DNA of 64,000 nucleotides from a virus: UHGV virus genome UHGV-1332848; one strand, 5' to 3'. Shown piece by piece: positions 58,867 to 64,000 of this stretch (position 1 is its first letter; each line of letters starts with the position of its first letter). The notes under the pieces were generated by a model. It saw only the letters and a program-made list of their open reading frames with translations, ran no database searches and was not told where the DNA came from. The position numbers and the translations under genes were made by a program.

Positions 58867-60018
58867 ATGTTTAGAGAATTTTATTTTGGGAGAGCTTATG
58901 ATTTTAAAACAGAAGAGGAAATGAATGAAATGTACTCTAAGTTAATGAGTGAGGCTAATCCTTATGAAATTAACAAAAATACATTTCTCAACGAATATTA
59001 CAAGGATGATAGTATTGATACAAAGATAGTATTATATGCATTGTGGAAAGGTGCAATTCAATACATTGAAGAAATGAAAATGAAAGATTTATATCAGTTT
59101 TCACCTTCTGAGATATCTGATTTAATAATATCCACACCAACAACAAGTAGAGTTAGAAAAGAGTCTATATTTAACTTTATAAAGCAGTATTGTGATTGGG
59201 CATTCTCTAAGGAATTAATAAATGTAAATCCTACTGATGGATTAAACAGGGAGGAACTCGTTCAAGTAAATAAAAGAGCTATTAAAAGAAAAGTAATGGG
59301 ATTGAGTGAGTTTTATAATTTATGTTATTCAATGTTAGAAAATACGAGTGTTTTTAATGTTTTGCCATTGGTTTTAGCTAGATATGGAATAACTGGTTCA
59401 GAATTAAGTTATATGTCAAATTTAAAATGGAACGACATAGATAGAGAAAACATGATTGTTAATATAGTAAAGCATGAAACAGGAGAGGTTATTACACAAT
59501 TAAAAGTAGATAAAAATTTTATTAATTGGATAGATATTGCTAAAGATACTAATGATTATAAAGTTAAGACTAACAAAGAGAAAAGTGGCATTACTTCTTT
59601 TGAAACAGTTAGTAATGGTGGTTATATAGATAGAGGATATGTAAATAAAATTTCTATAAAAACTAGAGAAAGTGAAGATGTTTTGAAGGTTGAAAAGTCT
59701 TCATTGTATAGTAGAATTAATTTGGCATTTAGAGACAACGAAATGAATGTAATTTCTCTTGGGAGTCTTGAAAAGAGTAGAAAGATAGAAGTTTTATTAG
59801 AAAAAAGAGAAAGTAGAAAGTTAACTACAAGAGACGTTCAAGAAGTAGTGCTAATGTTTAACCCTAATGCAAGTTTGGGAGCTTATAATTCTCTCAAGAA
59901 TGATTATCAAAGTATAACTGGAGATACGGTTCTACCTGCTAGAGCTAAAACATATGAGTTAAAAGATGAAAATAGCGTAGAGTTTGTTAAAAATGTCAAA
60001 AAAGAATTGGGTTTATAG
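58867..60018 (+). CDS. Tyrosine-recombinase-like (possibly non-catalytic) protein
   Basis: 383 aa. Segment LPLVLARYGITGSELSYMSNLKWNDID resembles the box-I Arg region of integrases, but no clear H-x-x-R...Y. 12-nt spacing from the upstream gene suggests an operon. Confidence 0.3.
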   Translation: MFREFYFGRAYDFKTEEEMNEMYSKLMSEANPYEINKNTFLNEYYKDDSIDTKIVLYALWKGAIQYIEEMKMKDLYQFSPSEISDLIISTPTTSRVRKESIFNFIKQYCDWAFSKELINVNPTDGLNREELVQVNKRAIKRKVMGLSEFYNLCYSMLENTSVFNVLPLVLARYGITGSELSYMSNLKWNDIDRENMIVNIVKHETGEVITQLKVDKNFINWIDIAKDTNDYKVKTNKEKSGITSFETVSNGGYIDRGYVNKISIKTRESEDVLKVEKSSLYSRINLAFRDNEMNVISLGSLEKSRKIEVLLEKRESRKLTTRDVQEVVLMFNPNASLGAYNSLKNDYQSITGDTVLPARAKTYELKDENSVEFVKNVKKELGL

Positions 60019-60175
60019 AGAGCATTATCTCTATAAACTCTTTCTTTAAAATAATTTTAATAATTAATTAAAAAGATGTTGACAATAAAAGCCAGTAATG
60101 TTAATATATTATTGAGGGTAGGAAAACATAAGACACCTACTAAGAAATAATAAATTAAAAGAGGTAAAGAGGAAT

Positions 60176-60778
60176 ATGATAACAAGACAATGTAAAAGAG
60201 CATGTATTCACTGGGTTGACTTTGGTGAGACCAAAGGTTCTGAACAAGGAGGAATTAGACCTGCGATAATTATTCAAAATGATATAGGGAATAAGTATAG
60301 TCCAACTGTAATTGTTTGTCCTATATCTTCAGAGATAAAAAAGAAAGAGTTACCAACTCATGTATATTTAGAGAATTGGAGAACTTATGGTTTAACTAAG
60401 CCATCACAAGTAATAACAGAACAAATTAGAACTAGAGATAAGGCACAACTTGGGGATTACATAGGATGCGTAGATGTGGACACAATGAATAAGATAGATA
60501 AGGCAATTGAAATAAGCGTTCAAGTTGGAAGTGCAAAAAACATAATAGAACCTAGAGAAGTAAGAGAGTCAAAAAGAAAAGCTCAAGAAATTAGAGAAAT
60601 AGACAGTTTCTTAAGAATGTGGTTTTTAAAAAATGATGATATTAATAAAGTTCAGGAGTATATAAAAGACAGAGAAATTATGATAAAGGATTTAGAGTTA
60701 TATTCAACAAGATATAATTTAGATTATAGAGAATTTTATCAACCTATAAATGGGGTTAATTTAGGAATGGTGGGATAA
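60176..60778 (+). CDS. MazF/PemK-family endoribonuclease toxin with an 85-aa C-terminal extension
   Basis: N-terminal 115 aa: WVDFGETKGSEQGGIRPAIIIQNDIGNKYSPTVIVCPISS...THVYL is the PemK/MazF signature. Preceded by the motif plus a TTGACA-17-TAATAT promoter. Confidence 0.6.
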   Translation: MITRQCKRACIHWVDFGETKGSEQGGIRPAIIIQNDIGNKYSPTVIVCPISSEIKKKELPTHVYLENWRTYGLTKPSQVITEQIRTRDKAQLGDYIGCVDVDTMNKIDKAIEISVQVGSAKNIIEPREVRESKRKAQEIREIDSFLRMWFLKNDDINKVQEYIKDREIMIKDLELYSTRYNLDYREFYQPINGVNLGMVG

Positions 60779-60782
60779 TAAA

Positions 60783-61373
60783 ATGGTTATAAATGGGGCA
60801 TGGAAAGAAAAAGTGAGAACAATGAGAGCTAATAAGAACAACGAGGGAGCAAAAAGAGAGTTGTTAAAAGCTAAAATGACTGGTTATGAAAAGGCTGATT
60901 TAAAAAACAAGATATTCGTTGATTATTGTTTGGCACATCATGCGTATACAGAAAAGAATTTTGAACTGGCAAATAAATATTTAATGTGTATAAAAAGTAT
61001 TTTTGATGAAGATGTCAGAAATATTGAAGATATGAATTTAGAGTATTGTAATTATTTATGGCTAAAAGTAAATAATAATTACAATAAAATGCAAATTGAT
61101 GAAATAATTACAGATATGACTTTAGTTTATAATTATTATAAAAGTATGGAAGAGGAAGATAAGGCTTTAAGTGCATTAGAAAATATTTTTAGATTTAAAG
61201 GTGACCATGATAAGATACTAGAAAGTCTAGAAAGGCTTATGCAGTGCAAAGAAATATCAGATTGGAATTTTGTTAAAAGTATCTTGAATGACTGTGAAGA
61301 AGTTAGTCACAGTCTATACATAAAAGCGTTAGGCATAGTTGATAAATACAAAATTTATATAAATGTAGTTTAA
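60783..61373 (+). CDS. Helical-repeat protein (196 aa); candidate antitoxin or peptide-receptor-like partner
   Basis: 4-nt spacing after the toxin gene; predicted all-alpha composition. Confidence 0.3.
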   Translation: MVINGAWKEKVRTMRANKNNEGAKRELLKAKMTGYEKADLKNKIFVDYCLAHHAYTEKNFELANKYLMCIKSIFDEDVRNIEDMNLEYCNYLWLKVNNNYNKMQIDEIITDMTLVYNYYKSMEEEDKALSALENIFRFKGDHDKILESLERLMQCKEISDWNFVKSILNDCEEVSHSLYIKALGIVDKYKIYINVV

Positions 61374-61425
61374 AAGAGTTTGAATTAGAAACCAATATCT
61401 TGAAAGGAGGTGAACATATGAAAAA

Positions 61426-61545
61426 AGGAATGAAAATTGCTTTGGTTATTGGAGTAGTGGCTTTAGTTTTAAGTTTGGGAGCGGTTGGATCTACAACAAT
61501 TAGACCATTCGGAGATCCACCTTATGGTTTAATCAACCTAAAATA
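61426..61545 (+). CDS. Small exported peptide (39 aa, signal-peptide-like)
   Basis: Strong RBS AAAGGAGGTG 6 nt before the ATG. MKKGMKIALVIGVVALVLSLGAVGSTTIRPFGDPPYGLINLK. Not in the ORF track. Confidence 0.35.
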
Positions 61546-61859
61546 ATTATTTAAAAACATAATATAAACGTATGATAAGATAGGCTGGATGATTTATATT
61601 GTCTAGCCTAAAATTATAATTAATTTAAAATAAGAGGGTGGGTTGTGGAGTTGGTCACAATATTAATACTATTAATTGGTTTATTGCTAACAATATTTTA
61701 TAGTTTATTAAAGTCTGCAAGTGATGCAGATGATTACATAGAGAAATTTTTAAATGAGAAAGAGAATTAATACATATAATAATTAATTAAATATATAAAT
61801 GACAAATTTTATTAAGTGATTAATTTGATACTATTACGAAATATGAAAGGGTGATAATA

Positions 61860-62039
61860 TGAATATAATGGAAGTTATGAAATTGCCAGTTGGAACTAAA
61901 ATAAAGTCAAATGTATGTGATGGCAAAATCTTAAAAGTGTGTAAGCAAGACGGTGTTAAAGTATTAAAGTTTGATGGAGATTTTAGAAGAATATTTTTAG
62001 ATAACGATATTACAGAAGCAGAATATGAGATTGTTTAAT
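61860..62039 (+). CDS. Hypothetical protein (59 aa)
   Basis: RBS AAAGGGTG; preceded by the motif at about 61778. Confidence 0.3.
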
Positions 62040-62077
62040 TCGCAATACAGAAAATATTGAAGAAAGGATGAAATAAA

Positions 62078-62470
62078 ATGGTTTGTAAAGAGTTTATTGA
62101 TATATATGGAACTAATTTAATTGTAGAACATAATGGAACTAATATATTACTAAAAACAGATAATAAAAACATTGAAAGGAATTATTATTTAAAACTTTAT
62201 TTTAGTAAAGATGTTTTCAAAGAAATAACCAAGTGTTTAGAAAGTATTTCAAAGGATATGTGGAAAGACTTTAATTCAAAAGAAGCTGATTCGATTAGCT
62301 CAGATTATGAAGAATATTATGATAGAAAATATGATAATAACGGTTATTTAACTATAAAAGAGGGATTCTTGAGTATAGAAAGACCATGTGAGACTTGCCC
62401 ATATATGTATAAATTCAATAAAAGAAAAATGGAAAGTTTTATATATGATTTAAATAAATATAATAATTAA
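62078..62470 (+). CDS. Hypothetical protein (130 aa)
   Basis: RBS AAAGGATG; CETCPYMYK Cys pair near the C-terminus. Confidence 0.4.
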   Translation: MVCKEFIDIYGTNLIVEHNGTNILLKTDNKNIERNYYLKLYFSKDVFKEITKCLESISKDMWKDFNSKEADSISSDYEEYYDRKYDNNGYLTIKEGFLSIERPCETCPYMYKFNKRKMESFIYDLNKYNN

Positions 62471-62513
62471 TAAAAATTCTAGTAGATATTAAGAATCAAC
62501 AAGGGAGGGGAAT

Positions 62514-62780
62514 ATTATAGGAATTTTAGAAAACTCCAAAGAATTTTTTAATAACCTTACAAATAAGGAATTTGATTATTTATTAGATAAATATGATTTT
62601 GAATATACAAAAACTAAATATAAAGTAGATCAGAAGATTAGGTTTTATGATGTAAGAGGATATTTGAATTTTGGAATAATTAAAGCTATTAAGTTTTTTG
62701 GCGATAAAGTTTATTATCAAGTGTATGCAAATAATTTTATGTATGAGATAACAGAGAAAGAAATAAAAGAAATAAGATAA
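62514..62780 (+). CDS. Candidate gene with a non-AUG (ATT/ATA) start (about 88 aa)
   Basis: Strong SD AAGGGAGGGG followed 4-7 nt later by ATT ATA and an 87-codon open frame with normal composition (…ILENSKEFFNNLTNKEFDYLLDKYDFEY…). The opposite-strand track ORF 62583..62813 is low-complexity. Confidence 0.3.
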   Translation: MIGILENSKEFFNNLTNKEFDYLLDKYDFEYTKTKYKVDQKIRFYDVRGYLNFGIIKAIKFFGDKVYYQVYANNFMYEITEKEIKEIR

Positions 62781-62972
62781 AGAGTATAAACGCTTATACT
62801 TATGGTGAAACAAAAGAAAGAATCGAGCTTATGGAAGAAAGAAAATTCTTGCAAAGATATTTAAAAATGTTAGGTATACAAGACTTTGAAATAAAAAGTG
62901 AATGGCTTGTTTTTAATATTGAATAATCAATAAATAGTCTATTTTAAAAATAAATAAAAGAGGAGAGAATGT

Positions 62973-63743
62973 ATGGAAAATAATTTAATAAAAATTAATT
63001 CAAATAATAGTGAAATTATGGTTATAGACACTAGGGAAATTGCTGAGATGATGGGGATAGAACATAAATTAATTTTAAGGAAATTGGAAGGTACGAAAGA
63101 TGGAAAAACAAAAGGGATAATACCTATTTTTAACGAGAACAAAATTGCACTGGTTGATTATTTTATAGAAAGTACATATGTAGATAATAAAGGGGAAAAT
63201 AGAAAATGTTATCTATGTACTAAAATGGGTTGTGAATTTTTAGCTAATAAATTTACAGGAGAAAAAGGAATTTTATTCACTGCTAAATATGTTAAAAGAT
63301 TTAATGAAATGGAAAATCAAATGACCAAAACTCTACTATCATTCCAGATAGAAGATCCTATTGAGAGAGCTAAAGCATGGATAAAAGAGCAAGAGGAAAG
63401 TAGAAAGTTGTTAGCTGAAAAAGATGAAATTATAGAAGAATTAAGTCCATTTGCAGAATTGGCAAGGAAAAGAATAGATAATACAGGTACAGCATCACTA
63501 ACTGATGTAACAAAAACATTTAATTTAAAAAGAGGACAAATTACTTCTTGGGGAAAAGATAAGGGTTATATACATAAAACAATAAAAGAAGTTAATAAGG
63601 CAGGAGAAGATTATTTTAAAGTAGTTTGTGGAGATGGTATTCATAAAGGAATAGCAATTACTGAAGAAGGTATAAAGTTTGTTGATAAAAATTTAGATGA
63701 GATAAAGACATACCCTAGTAAATTTAAGTTACAAAATAATTAA
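62973..63743 (+). CDS. Rha-family phage regulatory protein / antirepressor
   Basis: N-terminus IMVIDTREIAEMMGIEHKLILRKLEG matches the Phage_pRha domain. Confidence 0.55.
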   Translation: MENNLIKINSNNSEIMVIDTREIAEMMGIEHKLILRKLEGTKDGKTKGIIPIFNENKIALVDYFIESTYVDNKGENRKCYLCTKMGCEFLANKFTGEKGILFTAKYVKRFNEMENQMTKTLLSFQIEDPIERAKAWIKEQEESRKLLAEKDEIIEELSPFAELARKRIDNTGTASLTDVTKTFNLKRGQITSWGKDKGYIHKTIKEVNKAGEDYFKVVCGDGIHKGIAITEEGIKFVDKNLDEIKTYPSKFKLQNN

Positions 63744-63760
63744 TTAAATTGAGGTGAAAT

Positions 63761-64000
63761 ATGTTTACAGAAAATAACGACTTCTTTCCAACACCAAAAG
63801 AACTAACTAGAAAAATTATAGAGAAATTAGGTGTAGATTGGCGTAGAAGAATTAAATATATACTTGAACCATCAGCAGGTAAGGGAGATTTAATAAACGC
63901 CTATAAAGAGATATATGAAGAAAAAATCAATATGAATGGTTATTGGGGTAATGGTGCTAATTCAAAAGATTTAATTATAGATGTAGTTGAAAAAGATGAA
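63761..64000 (+). CDS. DNA methyltransferase (N6-adenine type), partial; continues past the window end
   Basis: MFTENNDFFPTPKELTRKII...ILEPSAGKGDLI: (F)xTP substrate motif plus SAM-binding motif I EPSAGKG. Confidence 0.4.
   Translation, partial: MFTENNDFFPTPKELTRKIIEKLGVDWRRRIKYILEPSAGKGDLINAYKEIYEEKINMNGYWGNGANSKDLIIDVVEKDE

Noticed and set aside
61555-61620. Stem-loop TAGGCTGGA...TCTAGCCTA after the small peptide gene as a rho-independent terminator
   Set aside because: The stem is not followed by a T-run on the plus strand (the T-run is on the wrong side), so it was not called as a terminator.
62583-63142. Minus-strand track ORFs 62583..62813 and 62939..63142
   Set aside because: They are F/I/Y/L-rich low-complexity sequences antisense to better plus-strand candidates (the non-AUG ORF and the Rha gene). 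They are judged spurious.
13422-63758. Explaining the TTAATTAA abundance purely by AT bias
   Set aside because: The 8-mer alone is only modestly enriched. The full 16-mer with fixed orientation relative to genes and exclusive intergenic location cannot be explained by base composition.

Overview
This is a very AT-rich, low-GC Firmicutes (Clostridium-like) temperate phage or phage-plasmid segment. It has three parts.

1. Late structural module, about 1–29,000, all on the minus strand. It encodes a putative small terminase subunit, large terminase subunit, portal, a head-morphogenesis gene, a capsid gene, several head-tail genes, a major tail protein and tail chaperones. These are followed by a 1721-aa tape measure protein, a distal tail protein (Dit), a 1064-aa tail-associated protein and a tail protein with a C-terminal glycerophosphodiester phosphodiesterase (GDPD) domain. 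A metallophosphoesterase and an antirepressor-like gene sit at the right end of this module.

2. Central region, 29,000–46,800. It begins with a 1-kb complex non-coding stretch and a phage HU-like gene. It then encodes a 910-aa protein carrying the beta-prime/YonO-type double-psi beta-barrel (DPBB) RNA-polymerase signature motifs (RSPHVTMG…, ADFDSDQ). Next comes a plasmid-type replication module: an initiator protein (Rep) flanked by 22-bp iterons. This is followed by a complete tubulin-like partition system (tubY-like, an AT-rich centromere, tubR, tubZ), a membrane-anchored Mrr-like nuclease, and an FtsK/SpoIIIE ATPase paired with a replication-relaxation-family gene.

3. Right arm, 46,800–64,000, plus strand. 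It holds about 30 very small genes with strong ribosome-binding sites, then a tyrosine recombinase, an XRE repressor-like gene, a protein with a ParB/Srx-fold DGQHR-type motif, a MazF/PemK-like toxin fused to an extra domain, a small signal-peptide peptide gene, a Rha antirepressor and a partial DNA methyltransferase.

A conserved 16-bp motif, AATAATTAATTAAAAA, occurs about 30 times, always oriented with the downstream gene and often abutting the ribosome-binding site. It is absent from the replication/partition block. Together with the single-subunit RNA polymerase (RNAP) candidate, this is the most interesting signal in the window. All functional calls are from motif reading only; no database search was possible.
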